Below, piece after piece: positions 53,508 to 63,724 of a stretch of DNA of 64,000 nt. Each line of letters begins with the position of its first letter. Within the stretch, counting starts at the first letter, position 1. The translations under genes were made by a program, and so were the position numbers. The stretch comes from Acidimicrobiales bacterium (lineage in GTDB: Bacteria > Actinomycetota > Acidimicrobiia > Acidimicrobiales > Aldehydirespiratoraceae). The DNA is taken from positions 19,222 to 83,221 of the forward strand of contig JBDNJK010000121.1 of NCBI GenBank assembly GCA_041687805.1, given 5' to 3'. Below the pieces are notes generated by a model. That model was not told where the DNA came from. It saw nothing but the letters and a program-made list of their open reading frames with translations, and made no database searches.

Positions 53508-54163
53508 CCTGTCCACTGTGGAGCATTCCCAAGAATCTGATCGATGCTCAGATGAAGACGGCACGAAACCTGTTGCACCGCGTTGATGGAAGTTTCGAAA
53601 TCGACCCTTGGGGGTTCGATCCCGACGTACATTCGGCGCTCATCTCGTTGGGGCGTGCCCGGTGGGATGTTGAAGCCGAAGGGCTTGGCAATGTTCCAGA
53701 ATCCGGTCCAGTTGTGCTGGCTGTTCAGCGGCGATGGGGACTCTCCGAACAGGCAGTTGTGAGCCTCGCGTTGGCTTCCATCGGCCGTCGTGTGCGTCGC
53801 GTCGGGATTCCACGCCCCGAAATTTTGGAGACGCCACTTCGCCTTGGCGGAAATGTAATGGCCGACCCGGCCGAAGTACGTGGGTTGTTGCGAGACGGCC
53901 ACGTGGTGTCTGTCCCGATGAAACGAGCGTTGCGAGGTGGCAAGCCCGGGTCGCTCGATCCGCTGGTGCTTGAACCCGCGGTCGACATGGGAGTCCCGAT
54001 ATTGCCGGTGGCCGTTCACGGTTTGGAGTGGGGTCGTAAGTGGCGGGTCTACATAGATGCACCGGTCAGGGCCCCGTCTGAAGACGGGCGGCTCGGGGCC
54101 ATCGAGATGGCCGGCCGGGCGCGTGACGCGGTCGATGCAATTGCTGTCACGGGAGGTTTCTGA
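53504..54163 (+). CDS. PlsC-like acyltransferase-fold protein, catalytic motifs not evident
   Basis: Spacing and the GNVPESGPVVLAV segment resemble lysophospholipid acyltransferases. NHx4D is replaced by VQRRWGL. Pairing with the SDR resembles Mtb Rv0501-Rv0502. Confidence 0.4.
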   Translation: MTCPLWSIPKNLIDAQMKTARNLLHRVDGSFEIDPWGFDPDVHSALISLGRARWDVEAEGLGNVPESGPVVLAVQRRWGLSEQAVVSLALASIGRRVRRVGIPRPEILETPLRLGGNVMADPAEVRGLLRDGHVVSVPMKRALRGGKPGSLDPLVLEPAVDMGVPILPVAVHGLEWGRKWRVYIDAPVRAPSEDGRLGAIEMAGRARDAVDAIAVTGGF

Positions 54164-54164
54164 C

Positions 54165-55028
54165 GTGGGCTGGATCACTTCCGACGACCTCGTGCGGATT
54201 CACTACGTCGAGTGGGGAAACCCGCGTGGTGAACCGATCCTGTTTCTTCATGGTCTGGGCACCGACAACCTTGGTTGGATGCTGCAGCGCAGAACGTTCG
54301 GCTCCGACTATCGCTGCATAGCGGTCGATAATCGTGGCTCTGGTCGCTCCGACAAACCTCACGGCCCCTACGATCTTGAGCAACTCGCCTTCGATGCCAT
54401 CTTGGTTCTCGACAAGCTCGGAATCGACTCGGCGCATGTTGTCGGAGCATCGATGGGGGGCGCGCTATCCCAGATCATTGCGGTTCGCTATCAAGAGCGA
54501 GTTCGATCCCTCACGCTGGCTTGCACAGCGTGCTCGTTGCGTAAATGGCGGGAACAACTGTTTGACGGGTGGATTGAGCTGATCCGCGAGAAGGGCATGC
54601 GAGAGTTCGCGGTTCACAATCTTGAGTGGATCTTCGGACCGCGTTCGTTCCGACGGCTGTATCCAGTGGCAGTTGCGCTGGGGCCGTATCTGATGCGAGC
54701 ACCCGAGCATGGTTTTCTCGGTCAGGTCCAGGCATTGCGGGCGGTCGATCCTCGTATCGCCGATCTGTTGACCACAATCACCGCTCCAACTCTGGTGATC
54801 ACGGGCAGCCAAGACATTCTCACTCCGGTCGCTGATGCCGAGGAGATCGCCTATCGCATCCAAGGAAGTGAGCTGGTGATCATCAGGGGCGCGGCCCATG
54901 GTTTCATGGTCGAACAGGCGCCCGCTTTCAATCGTGTCGTGAAAGATTTCATCGACCGCCAGAGCTTGTCGGCCTCAGCCGAGAGGCGCCGCGGCCCTGT
55001 CGATGATGTGATCGGCGGCCGCTCTTAA
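54165..55028 (+). CDS. alpha/beta hydrolase
   Basis: ILFLHGLG and nucleophile elbow GASMGG. GTG at 54165 follows GGGAGG. Confidence 0.8.
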   Translation: MGWITSDDLVRIHYVEWGNPRGEPILFLHGLGTDNLGWMLQRRTFGSDYRCIAVDNRGSGRSDKPHGPYDLEQLAFDAILVLDKLGIDSAHVVGASMGGALSQIIAVRYQERVRSLTLACTACSLRKWREQLFDGWIELIREKGMREFAVHNLEWIFGPRSFRRLYPVAVALGPYLMRAPEHGFLGQVQALRAVDPRIADLLTTITAPTLVITGSQDILTPVADAEEIAYRIQGSELVIIRGAAHGFMVEQAPAFNRVVKDFIDRQSLSASAERRRGPVDDVIGGRS

Positions 55029-55967
55029 CGCACTTGCGGCCGGTGTGTCGGGCAGATCGGTGAGCGCTGAGCTGGCCTTGTCGGCCCACCCCCTGGCCAA
55101 GGATAGTGCGACCTCGACGCCGCCGCCGTTCCTGACCAGACTCCGAGCCTCGTCGCGTTCATCGACGGTGATATGGCGACCGAGTATTTCTCGGAGCCTG
55201 GGACCGCAATCGGGATCGCTGATCGAATGGATCACCGGCATGGTGTAGATGCCTTCGATGAGATCGTTGCCGGCGGGCTTTCCCAGCTGCCCGGCTGTCG
55301 CGATCACATCGAGAATGTCGTCGACAACCTGAAAGGCCATCCCATAGGCGAGCCCGAATTCGGTGAGAGATTCGATGACCGGACGTGGCAGGCCGGCAAC
55401 GATTGCGCCGATTCGACATGCCGTACTCAGCAGCGACGCAGTCTTGCCGGTGATCGACCGTTCATAGCTTTCGAGGGATCTGTCGGTGTTGAATGCCCAT
55501 TCGAGTTCGAGAATCTGACCCTCGCAGAGATGGGTGATTGTCGTGGCCAGCAAGCCGGCGACTTCAGTGCCGAGATCTGCGGCGATTTGGGAGGCTCGAC
55601 CGAGGAGGTAGTCGCCCGCCAGAATGGCTCGCAGATTCCCCCATTCGGCGTTGACACTTATCACGGAACGACGTGTGGTCGCGTCGTCCATGACATCGTC
55701 GTGATAGAGCGATCCGATGTGGACCAACTCGACGGCACATCCGCCACGTATGACGTCGATGTTGGCCTGGAGTGCATGAGGATCGAGCACTGCTGCTGAG
55801 GCGATGGCGAAGCCGGGGCGGACACGTTTGCCGCCTGCTCGGATCAGGTGGCTGGCTACTTCGGTGAGAAATTTGCCCTCAGACTGCACAACGTGGAGTA
55901 GTTCGTCTTCCACATTGACGAGATCGTCTTGCATCGACGGGAGTATCGAGAGCGGAGTCGGAGCCAC
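54975..55967 (-). CDS. polyprenyl diphosphate synthase (trans-IPPS)
   Basis: First DDxxD (LYHDDVMDD) and second DDxxD (VVDDILD) motifs. Confidence 0.85.
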   Translation of the reverse strand: MAPTPLSILPSMQDDLVNVEDELLHVVQSEGKFLTEVASHLIRAGGKRVRPGFAIASAAVLDPHALQANIDVIRGGCAVELVHIGSLYHDDVMDDATTRRSVISVNAEWGNLRAILAGDYLLGRASQIAADLGTEVAGLLATTITHLCEGQILELEWAFNTDRSLESYERSITGKTASLLSTACRIGAIVAGLPRPVIESLTEFGLAYGMAFQVVDDILDVIATAGQLGKPAGNDLIEGIYTMPVIHSISDPDCGPRLREILGRHITVDERDEARSLVRNGGGVEVALSLARGWADKASSALTDLPDTPAASALRAAADHIIDRAAAPLG

Positions 55968-55992
55968 GAAGACACGCTAGGCCATGTGGTCG

Positions 55993-56010
55993 TCTACGCG
56001 GCGAGCGTTG
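55993..56010. promoter_or_regulatory. candidate ClgR-type operator upstream of clpC
   Basis: TCTACGCGGCGAGCGTTG contains the CGC-N5-GCG core with A/T flanks, and matches about 15 of 18 positions of the published WNNWCGCYNANRGCGWWS. A TATACT -10-like hexamer lies at 56042-56047. Confidence 0.25.
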
Positions 56011-56068
56011 CAGGCTTGGGCGCCGGGGTAGGCTTTCTCCATATACTCCATCTACGGGAGGAATGCCG

Positions 56069-58621
56069 ATGTTTGAGCGGTTTACCGACAGGGCACGACG
56101 GGTTGTTGTGCTTGCACAAGAAGAAGCTCGGCTGCTCAACCACAACTACATCGGCACCGAACACATCCTGCTTGGTCTGATTCACGAAGGTGAGGGCGTG
56201 GCCGCCAAGTCCATGGAATCTCTGGGCATCAGCTTGGAAGCCGTTCGCTCACAGGTCGAGGAGATTATCGGCCAAGGTGGAGCGTCTCCGAGCGGTCACA
56301 TTCCCTTCACACCGCGTGCCAAGAAGGTGCTTGAGCTGAGCCTCCGCGAGGCCCTCCAGTTGGGACACAACTACATCGGCACCGAACACATCCTGCTGGG
56401 TCTAATCCGCGAGGGTGAGGGCGTGGCAGCTCAGGTTCTCGTCAAGTTGGGCGCCGACCTGTCGAGGGTGCGTCAGCAGGTCATCCAGCTTCTTTCGGGA
56501 TATTCAGGCTCCGGCCCCGGTGGGTCGGCATCGGGTGGCTCGGGCGAGAAGGCCAGTGCCACCGCCGGTGGATCAGGTGGCGAGAGCCCGTCCGGTTCGT
56601 TGGTGCTCGACCAGTTTGGTAGAAACCTCACGCAGTTGGCGCGCGACAATAGTCTCGACCCGGTTATCGGTCGCAGTCGCGAGACCGAGCGAGTCATGCA
56701 GATTCTCAGTCGTCGTACCAAAAACAATCCAGTCTTGGTGGGCGAGCCCGGCGTTGGCAAGACCGCAATCGTGGAGGGGCTGGCCCAGTCGATCGCAGCC
56801 GATTCCGTGCCCGAAACGCTCCACGGCAAACAGCTCTACACGCTCGATTTGGGAGCGCTGGTCGCCGGTAGCCGCTACCGAGGCGACTTCGAGGAGAGGC
56901 TCAAGAAGGTCCTGAAAGAAATCAAGACCCGCGGCGACATCATCTTGTTCATCGACGAGATCCACACTCTGGTTGGCGCTGGAGCCGCTGAGGGAGCCAT
57001 CGACGCTGCTTCGATTCTGAAGCCGATGCTCGCCCGCGGAGAGCTTCAGACGATTGGTGCCACCACACTCGACGAATATCGCAAACACCTCGAGAAGGAC
57101 GCCGCTCTCGAGCGGCGCTTTCAGAAGGTCGTTGTCGACGAACCGTCGGTACCTCACACGATCGAGATCCTCAAGGGGCTTCGCGATCGTTACGAATCCC
57201 ATCACAGGGTCACGATCACCGATCAGGCACTCGTGGCTGCGGCAAATCTTGCCGATCGCTACATCTCCGATCGCTTCCTGCCCGACAAGGCAATCGACCT
57301 CATCGACGAGGCTGGTTCGCGTTTGCGCATCAAGAGAATGTCGACGCCTCCGGAATACAAGGAGATCGAGGCCGAGATCGCCGATGTCGTCAACCAGAAG
57401 AACGCCGCGGTCGAATCGCAGCAGTTTGAGCAGGCCAGTGTGCTGCGCGACAAGGAGAAGGATCTTCTCGCCCGTCGCGACTCGATGGAGGGCGACGCCA
57501 AAGCCTCTGGTCTTGATCTGTTCGACGAGGTAGACGAAGAAGCGATCGCCGAGGTGCTGTCGATGTGGACCGGCATTCCGGTCTACAAGCTCACCGAAGA
57601 AGAGACCGAGAAGCTTCTGCGGATGGAGGACGAACTCCACAAGCGGGTTATCGGACAAAAAGATGCCGTGAAGGCGGTGTCGCAGGCGATTCGCCGTACC
57701 AGGGCAGGCCTCAAGGACCCCAAGCGTCCGAGCGGATCGTTCATCTTCTTGGGCCCGTCGGGTGTAGGTAAGACCGAGCTATCGAAGACTCTCGCCGAGT
57801 TCCTGTTCGGCGATGAAAGCTCGTTGATCAGTCTCGATATGTCGGAGTTCCAGGAGAAGCACACGGTGAGCCGTCTTGTCGGCTCACCTCCCGGATATGT
57901 CGGCTACGAAGAGGGTGGTCAGCTCACCGAGAAGGTCCGGCGCAAGCCGTTCTCCGTTGTATTGTTCGACGAGGTCGAAAAGGCCCACCCCGACGTGTTC
58001 AACACGTTGTTGCAGATCCTCGAAGAGGGTCGCCTCACAGATAGCCAGGGTCGCACCGTCGATTTCCGCAACACGGTTTTGATAATGACCTCGAACCTCG
58101 GCACGGCGGATCTCCGCAAGGCGAATTTGGGGTTCACGAGGTCTGATGAAGCCGTCACCTACGAACGGATGAAGGAGAAGGTCCAAGAGGCTCTCAAGTC
58201 TCATTTCCGGCCTGAGTTCCTCAACCGAATCGACGATGTCATCGTGTTCCATGAGCTCTCACGGTCCGAAGTACGCGAGATCGTCGATCTCATGGTGAAG
58301 CGAGTGGCCCGTCAGCTCGGAGACCAGGGCATGGGGCTTGAGCTCACCGATGCGGCGAAAGACCATCTTGCCGAAAAGGGCTACGACCCGACGATGGGCG
58401 CCCGTCCTTTGCGTCGAGCGCTTCAGCGTCTGGTTGAGGATCCTCTCTCGGAAAAGCTCCTATACAAGGAGTTCCGTGCCGGTGAGATCATCATCGTCGA
58501 TGTCGAACCCGACCCGAGCGATTCGAATCAATTGCAGGTCGTTTTCCGTTCGATCGAAGGTTTCGAGCCGCCTGCGCCAGAATTGGCAGAGGCGACCGAC
58601 GGAGCTGAATCGACATTCTGA
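56069..58621 (+). CDS. clpC: ATP-dependent Clp protease ATP-binding subunit ClpC
   Basis: [13 protein letters not shown]... N-domain repeats, two AAA+ modules and a UVR-like linker. GGGAGG lies 7 nt before the ATG at 56069. Confidence 0.95.
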   Translation: MFERFTDRARRVVVLAQEEARLLNHNYIGTEHILLGLIHEGEGVAAKSMESLGISLEAVRSQVEEIIGQGGASPSGHIPFTPRAKKVLELSLREALQLGHNYIGTEHILLGLIREGEGVAAQVLVKLGADLSRVRQQVIQLLSGYSGSGPGGSASGGSGEKASATAGGSGGESPSGSLVLDQFGRNLTQLARDNSLDPVIGRSRETERVMQILSRRTKNNPVLVGEPGVGKTAIVEGLAQSIAADSVPETLHGKQLYTLDLGALVAGSRYRGDFEERLKKVLKEIKTRGDIILFIDEIHTLVGAGAAEGAIDAASILKPMLARGELQTIGATTLDEYRKHLEKDAALERRFQKVVVDEPSVPHTIEILKGLRDRYESHHRVTITDQALVAAANLADRYISDRFLPDKAIDLIDEAGSRLRIKRMSTPPEYKEIEAEIADVVNQKNAAVESQQFEQASVLRDKEKDLLARRDSMEGDAKASGLDLFDEVDEEAIAEVLSMWTGIPVYKLTEEETEKLLRMEDELHKRVIGQKDAVKAVSQAIRRTRAGLKDPKRPSGSFIFLGPSGVGKTELSKTLAEFLFGDESSLISLDMSEFQEKHTVSRLVGSPPGYVGYEEGGQLTEKVRRKPFSVVLFDEVEKAHPDVFNTLLQILEEGRLTDSQGRTVDFRNTVLIMTSNLGTADLRKANLGFTRSDEAVTYERMKEKVQEALKSHFRPEFLNRIDDVIVFHELSRSEVREIVDLMVKRVARQLGDQGMGLELTDAAKDHLAEKGYDPTMGARPLRRALQRLVEDPLSEKLLYKEFRAGEIIIVDVEPDPSDSNQLQVVFRSIEGFEPPAPELAEATDGAESTF

Positions 58622-58751
58622 TCACGCGATGGGCGCCTCTACAGCCGATGCAATCGGCCCAAGCCAAACGCATGTGTTGGATGGGGTCACGAACTCAAAT
58701 CTGAGACCCCGTCGGTGTATTGGTGGTCGTTGTCCGTCTAGGTTGAACGCG

Positions 58752-60242
58752 ATGGCCCGGGTTCGAGTTCTCCTAGCTGCAGCTGTGCTCGTCCTGCTGG
58801 CGAGCGCGTGCCGCATCGATACCACTGTCGATGTAGTGATAGCCGACGACGGTTCCGGTGTTGTCACTCTGTCGGTGATGATCGACACTGAGGCCGTCGA
58901 TCTGATTCGTGATGCTCCCGACGCGCTACGGCTGGAAGATTTGAGCAAGGCCGGATGGACGGTTGATGGGCCCGATATCGATGAGGCGGGGAATCTGGTG
59001 GTTTCGGCCTCCAAGCGCTTCGAGTCCGCCGAGTCGCTCCCGGCCGTCATGTCCGAGATCGCGGGCAATGATCTTATTTTCAAAGACATCAGCCTCACTC
59101 AACGCCACACGTTCGATCTGATTGGGCTCGCCCCGGCGCGCACCTCTTACAAGCTCACCGGATCCGTGGATCCATCGCCGGATCTTGAAGCGTTCGGTGA
59201 TGAACAGTTGAGTGCTCAGCTGGGCCTTCCCTTGGGTCGAGCGGTGTCACGCATTTCGGCCGATGTGGGTGGGCCGCTGGACGGAACCCTTGGGCTCACT
59301 GTGGTGGTCCAAATGCCCAGCGGCGTATCGAGCACCAACGCCGACGCGTTGGTGGAGGGCGACACCTCCACATTCGTGGTGGCCTTTGGTGACCAACCGG
59401 TCCCGCTTGATACCTCGTCCACGGTCGAGGACATACTCCCGAGGGTTTGGGCTGTGGTGTTGCTGGCCGCAGCGTTGGCGCTGATTTTGGTCCTGCTCAG
59501 ACGGCTGGGGATTTGGTTGTTGGCGATCTTGCGCACACCCAAGGGTCGTCGTCGTCGTGATCAACGTCAGCGCGAGAAGCGTGCGGCTACGAGAGCGGCC
59601 GAGGCAAGTAAGCCGCGTCAGCGGATGTTGCGTCTGCTGGTGGTCGACGTGCATGGGGTGGTGGTCAGGCCAACCGACCCATTCGAGGGGCTGTTGTTGC
59701 CGATGATCACCGCTGAGCATCCAGATTCCGACCCAGAGGCCATGCGGGAGCTTTACCGAAAGCTCATTCTTGATCGGGTGTCTCCGTCGGAGTTCTGGAG
59801 TGAAGTCGGCCTCGGGCCGGTTTCACAGGAGATGGAGACCCGCTATCTCTCATCGTTCCGGCTGGTGCCGGGGCTCCACCATTTCCTCGATCAGACGGCT
59901 GAAAGAGGTCTTCCGGTTGCGGCAATTGGCAATCAGCCGAGGGCATGGGGCGAACGTTTGCGGCGAATGGCTGCGCTTGAAACGGCAGTGGCGTCTTGGA
60001 TGGTGAGTGGCGATGTCGGACAGACGCTTCCAGAGCCGGCGCTTTTGGAGGCCACACGCCGGGTGATGTCGGTCGACCTGTTCGATTGCCTCTACCTGTC
60101 GAGCGTTCCCGAAAATCTTGATGCGGCCAAAGAGATGGGCGTCGCCACGGCATTCTTCTATCCCGAGTCAGGCGACCCTCCCGAGACGGCCCACGCACCG
60201 TTGCGTAGTTTCGACGAACTGTTCAGAGGTCGCGGAAACTAG
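58752..60242 (+). CDS. lipoprotein-like extracytoplasmic domain, TM helix and cytoplasmic HAD-like domain (fusion protein)
   Basis: MARVRVLLAAAVLVLLASAC lipobox, about 230 aa of LppM/DUF3153-like region, TM segment VWAVVLLAAALALILVLL, Arg/Lys-rich linker, then a HAD-like domain starting LLVVDVHGVV. Start moved from 58338 to 58752. Confidence 0.55.
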   Translation: MARVRVLLAAAVLVLLASACRIDTTVDVVIADDGSGVVTLSVMIDTEAVDLIRDAPDALRLEDLSKAGWTVDGPDIDEAGNLVVSASKRFESAESLPAVMSEIAGNDLIFKDISLTQRHTFDLIGLAPARTSYKLTGSVDPSPDLEAFGDEQLSAQLGLPLGRAVSRISADVGGPLDGTLGLTVVVQMPSGVSSTNADALVEGDTSTFVVAFGDQPVPLDTSSTVEDILPRVWAVVLLAAALALILVLLRRLGIWLLAILRTPKGRRRRDQRQREKRAATRAAEASKPRQRMLRLLVVDVHGVVVRPTDPFEGLLLPMITAEHPDSDPEAMRELYRKLILDRVSPSEFWSEVGLGPVSQEMETRYLSSFRLVPGLHHFLDQTAERGLPVAAIGNQPRAWGERLRRMAALETAVASWMVSGDVGQTLPEPALLEATRRVMSVDLFDCLYLSSVPENLDAAKEMGVATAFFYPESGDPPETAHAPLRSFDELFRGRGN

Positions 60243-60277
60243 GGCTGGATGTCGTAGCCGGCGAATAGGGTTCGTCG

Positions 60278-61651
60278 ATGGCCAAGAGCAGAACTGTCCA
60301 CCGGTGTTCATCGTGTGGTGTGGCGTATCCGAAGTGGGCCGGCCGGTGTGATTCATGCGGCGAGTGGAACAGTCTCGTCGAGGAGATCGATGCAGCACCG
60401 TCGCCCATCTCGGCTGGCGGTGTGTTGCCCGAGGTCGCAATTCCCCAACGGGTCACCGATGTAGGCGACGAAGCGGCTCAGTCGAGGCCGACGGGAATTG
60501 GGGAACTCGACCGAGTCCTGGGAGGTGGGTTGGTCGCAGGTTCGGTCACTCTCATCGGGGGCGAGCCTGGTATTGGCAAGTCAACACTGCTTTTGCAACT
60601 TGTCGGCCGCACGGCATCGTCTGGGGTGCGCTCGCTGTATGTCACCGGCGAAGAGTCATCGTCTCAGGTGAAGGCTCGAGCTACCCGGGTTGGCGCAATT
60701 CACAATGATCTCTGGTTGGTGACCGAGACATCGCTCCCCAACGTGATCGCCCACATCGAATCAGTGCGGCCGGAGATGGTCGTCATCGATTCGATCCAGA
60801 CGATGCACCATCCAGAACTCGGCTCGGCGGCCGGCTCGGTCGCCCAGGTGAGAGAGTGCGCCAACCGACTTCTCAACGTGGCCAAGGCTCGTGGGATCTC
60901 GTTGGTGCTTGTCGGGCATGTCACCAAGGAAGGCACTCTTGCTGGGCCTCGGGTCCTGGAACACATCGTCGACACGGTCATTGAGTTCGAAGGCGATCGC
61001 CACCATGGTCTTCGGGTGTTGCGGGCCACGAAACATCGCTTCGGACCCACATCAGAAGTCGGGCTGATGCAAATGAATCAAGATGGTCTCGCCACGGTCG
61101 ACGACCCGAGCGGAATCTTCTTGGCCGATCGGGTTTCGGGAGTGTCAGGGTCGGCTGTCGTCCCGACCATCGACGGGCAACGCCCGATGCTGATCGAACT
61201 GCAGGCGTTGGTTGCCGGATCCTCGCTGGCTACCCCGCGTCGCAGCGCTCAGGGGGTCGACCAGGGTCGGCTGGCCATGTTGCTGGCCGTGCTCGAGCGC
61301 CGCGTGGGTCTTTCTGTATCGAAATTTGATGTCTACGCGTTGGCTGTCGGCGGAGCCAGGGTTGTCGATCCGGGAGCCGATGTGGCCCTGGCGCTCGCCG
61401 TGGCCTCATCTCTCACCGGCATGCCCATTGGTGATGATCTGGTCGTGATCGGAGAGGTCGGGTTGGGTGGCGAATTGCGCCAGGTGGGTCATCAAGATCG
61501 CAGACTGGCCGAGGCAGCCCGCCATGGTTTCAAGAGAGCGATCGTGCCGAGCGCTGTGAGCAGACAGATCGACGGGCTCGAGGTCATGCGCGCTCCAACT
61601 CTGGCTGCGGCGGTTGCATTGGCCGACGTGGGTGGTAATCCGCTGACATGA
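60278..61651 (+). CDS. radA: DNA repair protein RadA
   Basis: Zn finger CSSCG...CDSCGEWN, Walker A GGEPGIGKSTLL, KNRFG-like motif (KHRFG), Lon-like C-domain. Confidence 0.95.
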   Translation: MAKSRTVHRCSSCGVAYPKWAGRCDSCGEWNSLVEEIDAAPSPISAGGVLPEVAIPQRVTDVGDEAAQSRPTGIGELDRVLGGGLVAGSVTLIGGEPGIGKSTLLLQLVGRTASSGVRSLYVTGEESSSQVKARATRVGAIHNDLWLVTETSLPNVIAHIESVRPEMVVIDSIQTMHHPELGSAAGSVAQVRECANRLLNVAKARGISLVLVGHVTKEGTLAGPRVLEHIVDTVIEFEGDRHHGLRVLRATKHRFGPTSEVGLMQMNQDGLATVDDPSGIFLADRVSGVSGSAVVPTIDGQRPMLIELQALVAGSSLATPRRSAQGVDQGRLAMLLAVLERRVGLSVSKFDVYALAVGGARVVDPGADVALALAVASSLTGMPIGDDLVVIGEVGLGGELRQVGHQDRRLAEAARHGFKRAIVPSAVSRQIDGLEVMRAPTLAAAVALADVGGNPLT

Positions 61652-61658
61652 TGGGGCG

Positions 61659-62306
61659 ATGAGAATCCAACTCCCGTCCGGCAACCCGGCTGAACTGGCC
61701 GGAGAGGTCGGCGACCGTGGCCTGGTGATCGTCCCCGATATTTTCGGGCTGCGCCCGCTCTTCGACTCTCTGGTCCAACGATTGGTTTCCGACTGGTCGT
61801 GTCGGGTCTGTGCGATCGAGCTCTATCCCGGTCGTGAACATCTCGTTCTACAACAGCGATTCGACGCCGCCTCCGCCATGAACGACGACGATGTTCTCGC
61901 CGACATGGTCGCGGCAGCCGATGTTGTCGGTGGGCGGCGCGTGGGGGCAATCGGATTTTGTATGGGGGGCATGTATGCGCTCAAGGCTGCGTCCACGCAC
62001 CGATTCGATCGTTTGGTTCCGTTCTACGGAATGATCAAAGTTCCACCGTCTTGGCAAGGACCCGGGCAGGGCGAGCCGCTTGATCATCTCCGCAAGGGCG
62101 ATGCCGCTTCGGTGATGGCGGTGGTCGGCAACCTCGACGCCTACACGCCCCCGGAGGATATTTCGGCTCTGCGCGGCGTTGGTGCGCAAGTGGAGGAGTA
62201 CAAAAATGCCGAACACGGCTTCGTCCACGACCCGGATCGTCCGGCGCATCGGGTTGACGACGCTGCCGACGCGTGGGATCGCGCCTCAGACTGGTTGTGG
62301 TCCTGA
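61659..62306 (+). CDS. dienelactone hydrolase family protein
   Basis: GFCMGG nucleophile motif and C-terminal HGF. Confidence 0.8.
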   Translation: MRIQLPSGNPAELAGEVGDRGLVIVPDIFGLRPLFDSLVQRLVSDWSCRVCAIELYPGREHLVLQQRFDAASAMNDDDVLADMVAAADVVGGRRVGAIGFCMGGMYALKAASTHRFDRLVPFYGMIKVPPSWQGPGQGEPLDHLRKGDAASVMAVVGNLDAYTPPEDISALRGVGAQVEEYKNAEHGFVHDPDRPAHRVDDAADAWDRASDWLWS

Positions 62307-62329
62307 AGCGGCTGAGTGCCTCTTGAGTT

Positions 62330-62989
62330 TCAGCGCGCCCTGATTTGGAGCTGCTCGCGGTTGGTGATTCGGTAGCGGCGATCCGATTGGGCCAGCCATC
62401 CAAGCTTCACGAACGAGGCGATTGCCTTGTTGACGCGCTCTCGACTGGCCCCAACCATTCCGGCTAGTTCTTCTTGAGTAACCGGCAGCACAAATTCTTC
62501 TTCATCACCTGCCAGCTCGAGGAGTCGCTTGGCAGTTCGTCCGGTGACATCCAAGAACACCGAGTCGGCCAAGGCGGCGTCCATCGAGCGAAGTCGTGTC
62601 GCCAGAAGTCTTACGACGCTCCATAGAGATTCGGGGCGGTCGTCGTAATGCTGGCGAACAGGGCTGTAGGGGATCGACACAACCTTTGACGGTTCCAAGG
62701 CACGGGCCTCTGCCGACCGACCGAAGTCGTCGAACAATCCCATCTCACCGAACAGATCGCCTGGTTCCATCAATGCGACCATGGATTCGCGACCGTCGAT
62801 AGACCTGTTGGCGATAGCGATTCGGCCACTGACGACTATGTAGAGATGATCAGGCCTCTCCTGCTCGGCGAAGATAACATCGCCGCGACGAAGAACTCTC
62901 TCTTCTGCGACACTGGCTATGTTGTCGAGTTCCTCGTCGTTGAGGTGCTGGAAAAGTAGAGTCGACTTGAGAAGGCTGGTGTCAGGCAT
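62330..62989 (-). CDS. crp: Crp/Fnr-family cNMP-binding transcription regulator
   Basis: cNMP domain (GDLFGEMGLFD...RSAEARA) and HTH (TQEELAGMVGASRERVNKAI). Start at the ATG at 62989 (219 aa). Rv3676-like. Confidence 0.85.
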   Translation of the reverse strand: MPDTSLLKSTLLFQHLNDEELDNIASVAEERVLRRGDVIFAEQERPDHLYIVVSGRIAIANRSIDGRESMVALMEPGDLFGEMGLFDDFGRSAEARALEPSKVVSIPYSPVRQHYDDRPESLWSVVRLLATRLRSMDAALADSVFLDVTGRTAKRLLELAGDEEEFVLPVTQEELAGMVGASRERVNKAIASFVKLGWLAQSDRRYRITNREQLQIRAR

Positions 62990-63034
62990 GATCGAGCACC
63001 ACACTAGTGACATGTGGCTCAGCAGTCGTGTTGA

Positions 63035-63724
63035 GTGGAACGAATGATCACAAGCATTGATGGGTCCAACATTTGGACGGTTGTAGTAGCGGCAGGTACT
63101 GCAAGCAGGTTCGGAGCTCCGAAGCAATTCCAGGATCTTGCTGGTGAACGGGTTGTCGATCGCTCCGTCAGTGTCGCGGCCGCGCACAGTACCGGGGTTG
63201 TGGTGGTGTTGCCGTCAGCCCTCGTGGCGAACGGACGACACGACGTGACATCTTTGGGTCGTGGTTGTGTAATTGTGGTGGTGGCAGGTGCCGACACCCG
63301 CGCCGGGTCTGTTCGAGCGGGGCTTGCAGTCGTTCCTGCCGAGGCGAACGTGATTCTTGTACACGACGGCGCCAGACCTCTCGCCACAGACGAAATCTAT
63401 GAGCGGCTGATCGCGGCGATTTCCGGGGGCGCCGATGCCGCTGTGCCGGTGGTGCCGTTGGTCGACACGATTCGTCGCCGATCCGGCGGCGTTGTGGATC
63501 GATCCGAGTTGGTCGCCGTGCAGACTCCTCAGGCCTTTCGGGCAGAAGCATTGCGTTCGGCACATGCCAGTGGTGCAGACGCCACCGACGACTCGGCTCT
63601 GGTGGAGCAGGCCGGTGGCGTTGTTGTGTTGGTCGACGGAGAATCTGACAATCTCAAGATTACGGAACCGTCCGATCTTGAATTCGCACGCCAGGTGCTG
63701 GCACGACGTAGGGACATCACATGA
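63035..63724 (+). CDS. ispD: 2-C-methyl-D-erythritol 4-phosphate cytidylyltransferase
   Basis: [17 protein letters not shown] and VHDGARP motifs. Confidence 0.9.
   Translation: MERMITSIDGSNIWTVVVAAGTASRFGAPKQFQDLAGERVVDRSVSVAAAHSTGVVVVLPSALVANGRHDVTSLGRGCVIVVVAGADTRAGSVRAGLAVVPAEANVILVHDGARPLATDEIYERLIAAISGGADAAVPVVPLVDTIRRRSGGVVDRSELVAVQTPQAFRAEALRSAHASGADATDDSALVEQAGGVVVLVDGESDNLKITEPSDLEFARQVLARRRDIT

Noticed and set aside
58622-58751. Hairpin GGGGTC...GACCCC downstream of clpC, considered as an intrinsic terminator.
   Set aside because: The loop is about 16 nt and no U-tract follows. This is not convincing without energy calculation or transcript data.
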